Below, in pieces: positions 1-10,766 of a DNA stretch of 64,000 nt (its first letter is position 1; the number at the start of each line of letters is the position of its first letter). The notes beneath the pieces were generated by a model that worked only from the letters and a program-made list of their open reading frames with translations, was not told where the DNA came from and did no database searches. The DNA is from Tubulanus polymorphus. Taxonomy: Eukaryota; Animalia; Nemertea. The position numbers and the translations under genes were made by a program. The stretch is taken from the NCBI RefSeq assembly GCF_964204645.1, contig NC_134030.1, forward strand, positions 15,376,110 to 15,440,109, given 5' to 3'.

Positions 1-548
1 AATGAAATTTAACATTAATGATGTAATTATACATATTAAAAATATTGCATTTTCTAATGAAACAACATTTGAGTATGAAACAACAATAGATAAAGAAACT
101 TTAAATGTAGAAAAGATTACTAATTTAATAAGAGAATCTTTAGGATTTTATGAATTAGATGAAGATTTTATCATAGATGATATTAAAAACATATTAACCA
201 AAATATATGATAATCAGTAATGAAAAGTAGTAATGAAATAAATGTTGAATTAATCATCACTAAGATAACTAAATATTTTGAAGATAGTAATTTTTTTGAT
301 AAATAAATGAGTGATAATAAGTTGATAATAACTGGATTATATAATGGAGCATTACTATCAGTTGGAACTGTTGGTTATTCAATGGTATTAAAAAAGGTAT
401 TTAAAATGGGAAGTGTTAATGTTGATAGATTTGATATCAATGATATTTTAAAATTAACAGCAGTAACTAATCTAATTTAACAATTGATTATTTAGAAAAA
501 CAAAAATATATTCCTCCCATATAAATGTTTAATTATTTTACTAAATAA

Positions 549-971
549 ATGGCTTCTGCAGTTATAACTATTATAGGATCGGCAATTGTTAACGCTTTAG
601 CATTTACTGGGGACGGCTATTTATTTAAACATATTGATAAAAATGGTTCATTATCAGAACAAAAAAGACATAATTTAGTATTAGAGAAATACAATAAAGC
701 AGCAGAAGAATATAGAGAAAAGAGACAAAACTATGTGGATTATATTAACAAGGAATTATATGATCAGAAGATTTCACACAGAGATTTTCAATCAGTTGAT
801 GATGCAATGAGTTTATATAACGCGGTAACAAATAAAGAAAAATTACATCTACATAAACCTACAATATCAGATTATTATACCCCAAGTAATGAACAGAAGA
901 AATATGAAATAATTTGGATTTTAGGGGGAACAGTTATTGTTATATTTGTTGCTTATAAATTTACTAATTAG
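549..971 (+). CDS. Polinton ORF C, 140-aa membrane protein (copy 1)
   Basis: Hydrophobic N-terminus, helical middle, C-terminal TM (IIWILGGTVIVIFVAY); paralogs at 1886 and 18437. Confidence 0.75.
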   Translation: MASAVITIIGSAIVNALAFTGDGYLFKHIDKNGSLSEQKRHNLVLEKYNKAAEEYREKRQNYVDYINKELYDQKISHRDFQSVDDAMSLYNAVTNKEKLHLHKPTISDYYTPSNEQKKYEIIWILGGTVIVIFVAYKFTN

Positions 972-1282
972 TAATTTTTTTTGCTAAATAAATGGAAGAT
1001 AAAGTTGATAATATTGATATTATTCCTCATGATATCAGTAAAACTAAATTAGAAATATATTTAGAAAAACAAATATTAGAATTTGAAAGTGAAATGTTAA
1101 ACAATTTGGAACTCAAATAAATTATAATTTAACAGAATGTGATTTTAAACCTTGCATTCCTAAATTTAATAATTTTAAGTTAGAAGTAAGAAATCATAAT
1201 GGATACTTAATTGATTTAAATAACTTTCCTGTGATATATGAATTAGTTATAAGATGTAGAGAGTAATTTTTTCATTATATAA

Positions 1283-1639
1283 ATGAATATAACTGTTGGA
1301 TCGAGTATATGTTTTGGGTTTGATTTTAAACATGAGAAAGAAATGAAATTTAACATTAATGATGTAATTACACATATTAAAAATATTGCATTTTCTAATG
1401 AAACAACATTTGAGTATGAAACAACAATAGATAAAGAAACTTTAAATGTAGAAAAGATTACTAATTTAATTAGAGAATCTTTGAGATTTTATGAATTAGA
1501 TGAAGATTTTATCATCGATGATATTAAAAAAATGATAATTGAAATATATACCAATGAAACTAGTAATGAAATAAATGTTGAATTAATCATAAATAAGATA
1601 ACTAAATATTTTGAAGATAGTAATTTTTTTGATAAATAA
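1283..1639 (+). CDS. Polinton ORF A, 118-aa hypothetical protein
   Basis: Paralogs at 2-306 (broken) and 17827; TAAATG start. Confidence 0.7.
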   Translation: MNITVGSSICFGFDFKHEKEMKFNINDVITHIKNIAFSNETTFEYETTIDKETLNVEKITNLIRESLRFYELDEDFIIDDIKKMIIEIYTNETSNEINVELIINKITKYFEDSNFFDK

Positions 1640-1861
1640 ATGAGTGATAATAAGTGGATACTAACTGGATTATATAATGGAGCATTACTATCAGTTGGAA
1701 CTGTTGGTTATTCAATGGTATTGAAAAAAGTATTTAAAATGGGAAGTGTTAATGTTGATAGATTTGATATAAATGATATCTTAAAATTAACATTAGCAGT
1801 TACTTTATCTAATTTAACTATTGATTATATGGAAAAACAAACATATATTCCTCCCATATAA
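1640..1861 (+). CDS. Polinton ORF B, 73-aa small membrane protein
   Basis: Two hydrophobic segments; start abuts the upstream stop (TAA-ATG); broken paralogs at 307 and 18187. Confidence 0.7.
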   Translation: MSDNKWILTGLYNGALLSVGTVGYSMVLKKVFKMGSVNVDRFDINDILKLTLAVTLSNLTIDYMEKQTYIPPI

Positions 1862-1885
1862 ATGCGTAATTATTTTTCTAAATAA

Positions 1886-2308
1886 ATGGCTTCTGCAATT
1901 ATAACTATTATAGGATCGGCAATTGTTAACGCTTTAGCATTTACTGGTGGTGGATATTTATTTAAGCATATTGATAAAAATGGATCATTAACAGAACAAA
2001 AAAGACATAACTTAGCATTAGAAAAATACAATAAATCAGCAGAAGAATATAGAGAAAAGAGACAAAACTATATGGATTATATTAACAAAGAATTATATGA
2101 TCAGAAGATTTCACATAGAGATTTTCAATCAGTTGATGACGCAATCAGTTTATATAACGCAGTAACCAATAACGAAAAATTACATCTACATAAACCTACA
2201 ATATCAGATTATTATACCCCAAGTAAAGAACAACAGAAATATGAAATAATATGGATTTTAGGCGGAACAGTTATTGTTATATTTGTTGCTTATAAATTTA
2301 CTAATTAG
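1886..2308 (+). CDS. Polinton ORF C, 140-aa membrane protein (copy 2)
   Basis: Near-identical to 549-971 and 18437-18859. Confidence 0.75.
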   Translation: MASAIITIIGSAIVNALAFTGGGYLFKHIDKNGSLTEQKRHNLALEKYNKSAEEYREKRQNYMDYINKELYDQKISHRDFQSVDDAISLYNAVTNNEKLHLHKPTISDYYTPSKEQQKYEIIWILGGTVIVIFVAYKFTN

Positions 2309-2311
2309 TAA

Positions 2312-2736
2312 TTGATGATAATATTGATATTATTCCTCATGATATGAATAAAACTAAATTAAAAACATATTTAGAAAAACAAATATTAGAATTTGAAAGT
2401 GACTTAAAAGTTAAAAAGAAAAAATATTTAAAAAATTAAATTATATATTATTTGATTATAAGTGGTTCAGTTACAATTAGTTCTGTAATAACATTTCTAG
2501 CAATATTCAGCCCATTAACACCTTTAGCTATATCAATTGGCGTATTAGGATTAAGTTCAAGTGTTTTAACTGGTATAAGTTCAAAATTAAATATAAAAAG
2601 TAATAAAGAAAAAATTAAAACTAATATAAAAGAAATTAATAAATTAAAGAATACACTAGATTATGTACTAAGTTTAAATGGTCATATAACAGTTGAAGAA
2701 CAAGATAAATTATTAAAAGAATTAGTTAATTATTAA
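2312..2736 (+). pseudogene. Polinton ORF D, two-TM protein (start deleted, frameshifted)
   Basis: Hydrophobic hairpin in ORF 2452-2736; paralog 18879-19310. Confidence 0.6.
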
Positions 2737-2752
2737 TTTTTTAATTATATAA

Positions 2753-4059
2753 ATGGGGTTTCCAAGAGCTTTCCAATATAATAAATCAATGAGATATAAT
2801 ATTCCTGCAATAGATTTTAAAAAAAATATTACGTATAAAAATGTAGTTTTAAATTCATTAACTAATTTAGAAATTTATGTTACTGAATCACAGTTTTTTA
2901 TTTCTAAAATGGAAAATATATTTAATACATATGAAGTTACTTTTACTCGAGATGAATATCATATATATAAAGTAAAATCTAATATGAAATATTGGCAGAA
3001 CCAATTAGATTTTGCTGTTTATTGTGCAACAACTGGTTGCGGAATAAGTTGGAATGATCATTTAAATAACTTAGATAAAAATTTGAAGTATTCTGATTCA
3101 CACAATTCACACATTAATTCAGACAATATTTAGATTTCACACATATTTTCAAATCAGAATAATATTAAATGAATTAGAATGTCCTTTACCCGGGTCTAAA
3201 TATTTTAAAGAATTGGACAATAATATTAATCTATCTAAGTTTTATACAATATGTAATGAATTTAATATAAACATTAATTCCGATTTTAGAGCGCATGGTA
3301 AATTGCAAGGTGTTGGTGAAGAGTATGAAATAAAAAGAATTGATTATATGCATAGAATTGGAGCTTATCATAATTATAAAGTTGATAATAATAATGGTTG
3401 GGTTTATTTCATTTTAGAAAATACTGAAGGTTTTACTAAAGCTGGAATACAAAGAATAAATCAATCTATTAGAACTTATTTGATATGTATTCTAGGTGCG
3501 CAAGTTGAAACAAGATCCCCAATAATTGGAAATGATACCACTTCATTTGATGCGCAGAAACAATTCAAAGTATTATTTGAAGATTCCATTCATAATGATA
3601 AAAATAGATCGATTCCAGAAAACATTGTTAGATATCGAAATTATTTAGATAAATCACATATTAGATTAAATTATTGTATAGGCCCTAATCTATTAATTAT
3701 TTCTAATGATTTAGTATTAAAGATGGGAAATATAATTGGTTTTAATAATCTTATTAAAACTGCAACAATAAATAATTCATTTGGATTAAATGATATAAAT
3801 AAAAAGATTATTACTGCTCCAAAATTAATGGAAGGTGAAAAAAATAAAAAAACATATTCAATCAACAGAAACTAAAACTAATAATATGAAATTAAATAAT
3901 GATACTAAAATAAAAGATTACAATACATCAGAAGATATAAAAACTGATAATATTCAACATGAAATAATTAAACTAAATGATGATAATAAATCCCATGAAA
4001 ATGCTAAATTAGCTATAACTTGTATAGGAATTGTAATCGGAGGAATATTATATTTTTAA
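2753..4059 (+). pseudogene. Polinton ORF E (WQNQLxFAVYCATTGCG family) with C-terminal TM, split into three ORFs
   Basis: ORFs 2753-3133, 3213-3875 and 3835-4059 align collinearly with 19327-20708. Confidence 0.75.
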
Positions 4060-4080
4060 TTTTAATTTTTTATTATGTAA

Positions 4081-5551
4081 ATGGCAGAAGGTGGAGAAGA
4101 TATTCCATTGGATGGCATGGGGAATAATAATGAAGGATATATTGATGATGATTATAATGATGCAGGTGCTAATCTTAATGAAACTAATATTGATGATGAT
4201 AATTCATCAGCGCGTAATTCTAATTTAGCAGATAGTGGTTCTAAAGCCCCATCAACAGATGAATATATTAGAGGAGCTAAATCGAGAATATATACTGAAA
4301 ATGAAAATCCAGGTTTATTAAAGAAAAATTTAGAATATCATGAATCTATGTTTAAATTCCATCCTGTATTTGAAAGATCCGGATATAATATAAATGATAA
4401 AGATGCTGGCCGTTTAGTAGAAAATTTAAAACTTTTAGATGGTGAATATTATTATAAATTGAAACATGATTATTATATTAATATCTCTTATAAAAATCAA
4501 GACAAAATATTAGCGGAAAAAACTTTGGGAAAATTAGAACCAGATAGAATTAAAAGAATAAGTAATAGTAATGTAATAACTGATGTTACAAAACAAGAAT
4601 TAACTGATAAAAATAGAAGAGTATTTAAACAAAGAATTAATGAATTATTTGAAATAATCAAAAAGAAATCAGAAACAGAAATAACTTCTGAACAGAATAT
4701 AACTTCCAAAACTAGTAAACCTAATTCAAGAGGAGTTCAAACTGAAAAACTTTTACCGAATGGATTAAATGATGCAACAGATCAAGAATTAGAAGATTTG
4801 AATAATATATTTTCTGTCGAAGCAATTAGAGAAATTAAAAGTATAAGACTTGCATCTGATAAAATCGCGCATGATAAAAGTATAACAGATTTAAAAATTA
4901 GAACTTTAGAAGTTAAATTATTTAAATCAAGAAAAGAATCGGAACAACTAAAATTAGATTGAGATAATCAAGTTATTGAAGAAATTGAATTTTAAAAAAA
5001 GAAATGCATATTTAGAAAAAGAAATTGATGATTTAAAATATAATATAGAATTACAGAGAGAAGAAAGAAATATATTATTAAAAGAATATGGTAATAATTT
5101 TAAAAGGTTAAAAGATGTTTTTAAAAGATATCTAATAAAACCAAATTCTGAAATATCATTGAAAGATAGAATAAAATTATTATTTAAGTTAGAAGGAATA
5201 ACAATTCTTTCAATTCTAACAGCTGTAACTATGTTATTTACAAAAATTGGTTTAGCTATATCAAATTCTTTGAAATCTACTCCTACTCCCAATAAACCGG
5301 ATAAACCCCCGAATGATAATTCTATACAAGATAAAGTTAAAGATGGTTTAAAGAAATTAGCAAAATATTTATGGGAACTATCTAAAAAATCTGCTGCAGC
5401 ATTGCCAGGAGTTATTGCATCAATTGTTGGTTTTATATTGAAATCTGCAGGAAACATTATTAACTTTGCTGCTGAACATATTATTTTATTTTTAATTACA
5501 GTTGTAAGTGCAATTATTTTTGGGTTAGTAAACATGATAAAAAATAGATAA
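4081..5551 (+). pseudogene. Polinton ORF G, acidic N-terminus/coiled-coil/multi-TM protein, interrupted
   Basis: ORFs 4081-4962 and 4976-5551; C-terminal hydrophobic helices (AALPGVIASIVGFIL; IILFLITVVSAIIFGL); paralog 20732-22162. Confidence 0.7.
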
Positions 5552-5571
5552 TTAATTTTTTTGTTAAATAA

Positions 5572-6789
5572 ATGAGTGGGAGTAATATCAATCCTTATAA
5601 GAATCATAGAATATCTAATGCTATTAAAGCAGAAAGATCTCATCATATAATTACTCATAATCCTTCAAATATTAATCCCGATGAAACTTTATATGTTGGT
5701 ATTCCTCGATTAACACAAAAATACTTTTTATGTTCCAAATAGTATTTATTTATCAGCCGATATAAAAGTAATCGGTAATAATAATAATTATGTTGTTGAT
5801 AATGTTGGAAGATATTTGATTAAAAAATTAACAATAAAGATCGGTCCAGAAACAGTTTTCTCATTAGATGATTATAATTTATTTATGCATTATAAAGATT
5901 TATGACTAAAGAAAATAGAAATAATATGATACTTCAAGGAATCCAATCAGAAAACCAAAATAAATTAAGATCTGAAGGACATAATGCAATAATAACTAAT
6001 GCTATAGATAAATTGATAAAAAGTATATATGGAAGCAAATATAAAATTCCATTAGACTTTGAATTGATAAATAATAATGCACCTTTATATAAATACGCAA
6101 TTCAAGAAGATGTTATATTCGAAATAACATTTGCTCCTGTTAATGAAATTGTATTATCTAGCGTTGTTAAAGATATGGGATATAAATTATCGAATATATG
6201 TTTAGAATATGATACTAAATACAATCAAGGATTTTCATTATTATATGATTATATTGATAAATTTAAAACCGTAACTATTAATGCAAATGATGAAATAATT
6301 AATGAGAATATTAACTTCCCAAGAAGATCTATTAAAGGTATATTAATATTTTTTACCATTGCAACATATACTAATGGCGCAATAAATGTTGATAATTATT
6401 ATAATCCTGAAATAACAAAAGTAGAAATAACTATCGAAGGAATAGCAAATAAAATATTTTGTCAAGGAATGAGAATGATAGATCAATGGCCAGAAATTAG
6501 AAAACATTTTATGAATGAAAAAGTAAAATCATCTGAAAATTGTAATATTAATCAAATTGATTATTATACCGGTAATAAATATGCATTATGGTTAGATTTT
6601 AGAACAACAGAGGATAATTCATTACATGGTTCTGGGAAAAAACTACAGAACACTAAAGATGGAATACAATTATTCATGAAAAAGGAAAGAGGAGACTTTT
6701 TAGAGGAAAATTTTAAAATGCACATTTATATTATATCTGACGCGCAATTAAATATTGTAAATTCTCAATTAAATAGTGTTATGTATTAA
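5572..6789 (+). pseudogene. Major capsid protein, 5' part frameshifted
   Basis: Near-identical to the intact ORF at 22204-23451; TAAATG with ATG at 5572. Confidence 0.8.
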
Positions 6790-6821
6790 AATTTTAACTT
6801 TAATAAAAATTTATATGATAA

Positions 6822-7574
6822 ATGGAAGGAGGTAAAGTATATAAACATATTCCATACATCGATACACATGAAAATAATGATGGTTTATATTATGTAATAC
6901 CTTGTAATATAGCTTTGATATTTGATCCTATTTTCAAAATTTATAAAAATAAACTAATGGAAATCGATAATAATAAAAGTGGTGTTGTTGATAATTTAAG
7001 TAATGTAATTGATAATAATGTAATACCTTCTACATCTAATAATGTAATACCTTCTACATCTAATAATGTAATACCTTCTACATCTAATAATGTAATACCT
7101 TCTACATCTAATAATGTAATACCTTCTACATCTAATAATGAAATAATATTAAATATTAGTGAAAATAGAAATTATTGTGATTATTGTAAAGGTGAATTTT
7201 CAAACGTTCCATCAAATTGGAATAAACATATGAATACAAAGACACATATTACTAATGTAATAGAACGTGTTGGTTTAAGAGAATTTATAGAACACCCATT
7301 TAAATATGTTACAAAATTTGTTTCAAATAAAAAAGTAAATGGTAAAGAATTATATGAAGATTTATTATTAGCAACACCTAATAGAGATGAATTAGATTTA
7401 ACCGATGCTAATAAAATATTAGGAGCAAACACTAATAAAGATAATAATGAAAATATAGTTACAGATATTGATAATAAAGATTCTATGAAACTTAAAGTAG
7501 AAAATAATGATAAATTTGATTGGATGAATAAGCATAACAATGAAACAACTTTTAATCCATTAATAATAATTTAG
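6822..7574 (+). CDS. 250-aa protein with C2H2-like Zn finger and (NNVIPSTS)x5 repeat
   Basis: YCDYC...HMNTKTH motif; occupies the position held by integrase in the inner element. Confidence 0.65.
   Translation: MEGGKVYKHIPYIDTHENNDGLYYVIPCNIALIFDPIFKIYKNKLMEIDNNKSGVVDNLSNVIDNNVIPSTSNNVIPSTSNNVIPSTSNNVIPSTSNNVIPSTSNNEIILNISENRNYCDYCKGEFSNVPSNWNKHMNTKTHITNVIERVGLREFIEHPFKYVTKFVSNKKVNGKELYEDLLLATPNRDELDLTDANKILGANTNKDNNENIVTDIDNKDSMKLKVENNDKFDWMNKHNNETTFNPLIII
7014..7140 (+). repeat. 24-bp coding tandem repeat x5
   Basis: AATAATGTAATACCTTCTACATCT repeated exactly five times. Confidence 0.95.
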
Positions 7575-7582
7575 ATTTTGTT

Positions 7583-7927
7583 TCAATGGCTTTCAATGGC
7601 TTTATGATTTGACTTATTTTCTGGTATGATTGGTTTATTATCATTGGAATCTTTATCATGAGATTTGAATTTTGATTTATATATTACGCCGGATAATACA
7701 ATAATTGTGATTAACCCAATTGTAATATATAAGTAATTATTTCTTCCACTATTAGAAGAATTAGATGGATTATTATTTGAATTAATATCAGATAAAGTCT
7801 GTGATTCATTTATATCAGTTAATTTCTTTTTCTTAGCTTTTTTTAATTCTGAAGATCTTTTACCGAATTCTCTTGCCCATTTAATTTGTTTCTCGGATCT
7901 AACCTTTTTCTTAACGCCATCACTCAT
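7583..7927 (-). CDS. Polinton ORF I, basic N-terminus plus single TM
   Basis: RSEKQIKWAREFG matches RSQKQIEWSRQLG of 26054-26407 (opposite strand). Confidence 0.7.
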   Translation of the reverse strand: MSDGVKKKVRSEKQIKWAREFGKRSSELKKAKKKKLTDINESQTLSDINSNNNPSNSSNSGRNNYLYITIGLITIIVLSGVIYKSKFKSHDKDSNDNKPIIPENKSNHKAIESH

Positions 7928-8527
7928 TTATTTTAGTTAATTTTTGTTCTGATTCATTTTCTGTTTCGCCGTTTGGTTGTAGTACAGCGTCATCTGTTTT
8001 GTTCTTACCTGATTTATATTCCATAGGTATGATATTCGAAAATGTTATGACGCCAGTAGAAATTAATGTCATAACCGATCCTAATTGAAATGAAGCATAT
8101 CCGACCCATTTTTTAATTCAGTCATAACTAAGTAGTCATTTTTCAAATCACTATATAATTTATTTTCATCATCAATTGGTATTAACTGGTTACATAACTT
8201 AGAGTAACATTTTATAATACCATCACTTATAGAGTCGTTTATTCTAGCTAATCTAGCTTCTTCATAAATCTTAAAATATTTTATTACTTTATCGGGTTTC
8301 ATAGCATCTAATTCTTGAAAAGTTATTATTTTCCCGATAAACTGATTACATTTACCACTAGTAATTAATAATTCTAGATGGTGCTTACAATATAAATAGT
8401 ATTCATAATCAATATTACAATTAATATTATTTTCAATTTTGATTGGAATATCCTTATTATCACTAATACCTAAATCATCTAATGTTTTTTCAATATCAAT
8501 ACTATTCTTACTCGATTTCTTTGACAT
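7928..8527 (-). pseudogene. Polinton ORF H (YEYYLYCKH family), frameshifted near 3' end
   Basis: ORF 8081-8527 homologous to the broken gene at 25519-26053. Confidence 0.65.
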
Positions 8528-8772
8528 TTATATTAGAGAAATTTAATAAGAAAAATATTATAAGTATTATAAAATGATACCAGTATCTCTTTAGATTAAT
8601 ACTAGCTTAGTTAAAGGTAAATAATTTTAGTATTAGTTATTGTTTTTTAGTACTTTTTATTTGTGATATAAAGTATTCTTTTTGAAAAGAAAATATTAAA
8701 AAAACAATAACTAATACTAGCTAGTTGAAGATATGTAATTTTTAATACTTTTTATTTAAAATCTATTATTCT

Positions 8773-9438
8773 TTAACCACTCATTAAAGACTCAACGTAT
8801 TGTTCATTATTTGGATTATTGTTCCATTGATCAATAAATTTCTTTGCCTTTGTTAACTGTTCTAAATATAACTGTAAATCTAGTTTATTAGATTTGATTT
8901 GATTTTCTTTCTTTTCAAGAGGTCTTAAATTTTTCCAACCCCAAATAAGTTTTTTATTGTATTCATCATTCATGTTAAATTTAGATATTGGTAACACATG
9001 ATCAATATGGTAATAATCCCCATAATTATCTATGTTCATTTTATCGTCGAATTGAAATATAATCCATGATTTGAGAAATTCATCTGAACAACCCAACAAA
9101 TTAGATAATGTTTCTGAATGTGTTTCTTTGTTGAATAATTGTGTTAATCTAGATCTTAAGCATTGTTTCAATCTAAAATTAAGATCTGTTTGATATCTTT
9201 CTCTCATATATTCTGCCATATAATAATTATAATGTTCTATATCATCTTCTCGATATTGTTTGGTATATAGTTTAGTGCAAGTTTTGCAGCAATATTGAAA
9301 ACCATCTTTGCTAATCTTACGCTTACTAAATTCTGTAAATGGTTTATCTAATTCACATTTAGAACACTTCTTGTAGTATATATTTATAACACCAGTGTTA
9401 TTTGTAATATTGATAATTTGTGGTTGTTCTGGTTCCAT
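8773..9438 (-). CDS. Zn-finger/HNH (endonuclease VII-like) nuclease of the type common in large DNA viruses
   Basis: CSKC...CKTC Zn motif, LLGCS, HIDHVLP...WKNLRPL...N..K HNH-type core; intact 221 aa. Confidence 0.75.
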   Translation of the reverse strand: MEPEQPQIINITNNTGVINIYYKKCSKCELDKPFTEFSKRKISKDGFQYCCKTCTKLYTKQYREDDIEHYNYYMAEYMRERYQTDLNFRLKQCLRSRLTQLFNKETHSETLSNLLGCSDEFLKSWIIFQFDDKMNIDNYGDYYHIDHVLPISKFNMNDEYNKKLIWGWKNLRPLEKKENQIKSNKLDLQLYLEQLTKAKKFIDQWNNNPNNEQYVESLMSG

Positions 9439-9575
9439 TTATTATACGTATTTTTTTACTAAATTGGTTAATATTTTAGAATCCCCTTCCATTTCTTCGA
9501 CCAACGTCATCCTTTTTCATTCCTCGTTGCTTTTGATAAGTCGTTTCGATTCCTTGATATCTAAATCATACCACA

Positions 9576-9969
9576 AGGCAAAACCGCTCTTATAGCAGCG
9601 CTTTTGCTTAATGCGCATGCGCTAATCATAATTATATATTCATTCTGTAAATTCTGTAAAATAGAAACGACCGACATAAAATATCAAAACGTGTTCGCAT
9701 TAGGCAAAACCGCTCTTATAGGAGCGGTTTTGATCAATGCGCATGCGCTAATCATAATTGAAACGACTGAACATAAAATATCAAAACGTATTCGCATTAG
9801 GCAAAACCGCTCTTATAGGAGCGGTTTTGATCAATGCGCATGCGCTAATCATAATTGAAACGACTGAACATAAAATATCAAAACTTGTTCGCATTAGGCA
9901 AAACCGCTCTTATAGGAGCGGTTTTGATCAATGCGCATGCGCTTATCATAATTGAAACGACTGAACATA
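9576..9969. repeat. 97-bp tandem repeat x4 with internal hairpin and GCGCATGCGC palindrome
   Basis: Units start at 9576, 9702, 9799, 9896; CAAAACCGCTC-ttatag-GAGCGGTTTTG stem (degenerate in unit 1). Confidence 0.95.
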
Positions 9970-10684
9970 GAACATTCACCAAGTAGATTTACACAATACA
10001 TTATACAAGTATGTTCAGTCGTTTCTTCCAATACATCATTTGATTTCTATATATAAAATCTATAATTACAAACATTTTTTCAATTGCTGGTAAATATTTA
10101 ACGACATCAACAAATATTAAACTTAATCATTGGAGTCTTAATGTTTTTGAAATTCTTATATAGTTTATTCGTTGATCTTTTGTGATTCTTGTGGTTCTAC
10201 GCCAGTTTCTATTGGTTCGATATCCATTGCTGTTGATTCCTCCGTCAGAAAGAGTATCTTGAGTTTCTCTATCGCTTCTTGATGTGTGTGACGGTTTATT
10301 AATCTAAAAGATATTAGCGGCAACTCTAGCTATCTAAAAGATATACTAAATACACTTAAATATATATATAAAGGTTTCATATTTAATAGCCCTAATAACT
10401 ACAAAAAAACAGTACTCACATTTAGATTTAGAATTGAAACTATAAAATCCTAATTTCGTTTCGAGAGATAGAATATCCTAAGCGTTATGTTACAGCGTCT
10501 ATTCAGAATTCTAGAATTTTCTACGCGTTTTCAGTATTATGACTCATATGTCTCAGCGTTATAGTAACAACTGTGACAGCTGTGAATTTATAGATTTATT
10601 CCATAGCTCTTTAAATGGAATGTATATAGGCTCAAATATAATCATGCTCTAGTATAAACAGCTATGTATTATATCATGTATATA

Positions 10685-10766
10685 AGTAATTGGAAAAGTG
10701 GGGTTTCAGATCAGAGGGCGAGACACCACTCATCACCACAAGTAATTTTTTTCCCTAATAAATGGG
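10685..10766 (+). repeat. Left terminal inverted repeat
   Basis: Reverse complement of 26861-26950; includes the TAAATG start of pPolB. Confidence 0.93.

Larger units (their letters stand above)
1..2402 (+). repeat. ~1.34-kb tandem duplication of the penton-tail/ORF A/B/C/D-start block
   Basis: ATGAAATTT at 2 and 1343; ORF C at 549 and 1886; junction near 1092 where ORF D sequence (GAATTTGAAAGTGA) switches to penton C-terminal sequence matching ~17636-17810. Confidence 0.9.
1..10678. mobile_element. Polinton/Maverick-like endogenous virus, outer/left copy (left end outside window; degraded, rearranged)
   Basis: Same gene series (penton C-terminus, ORFs A-E, G, MCP, H, I) as the complete element at 10685-26950 with high nucleotide similarity; many frameshifts; may resume at 26957-27352. 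Confidence 0.85.

Noticed and set aside
4497-5658. Minus-strand hydrophobic ORFs (also 3671, 7181, 13185, 14051, 18914, 21106, 26020)
   Set aside because: Antisense shadows of Lys/Asn-rich plus-strand genes; they lack the TAAATG start.
9576-9969. CRISPR-like array (hairpin repeats)
   Set aside because: The sequence between hairpins is itself repeated, so there are no unique spacers; no cas genes; eukaryotic context. ORFs 9604-9858 and 9758-9955 are repeat artefacts.
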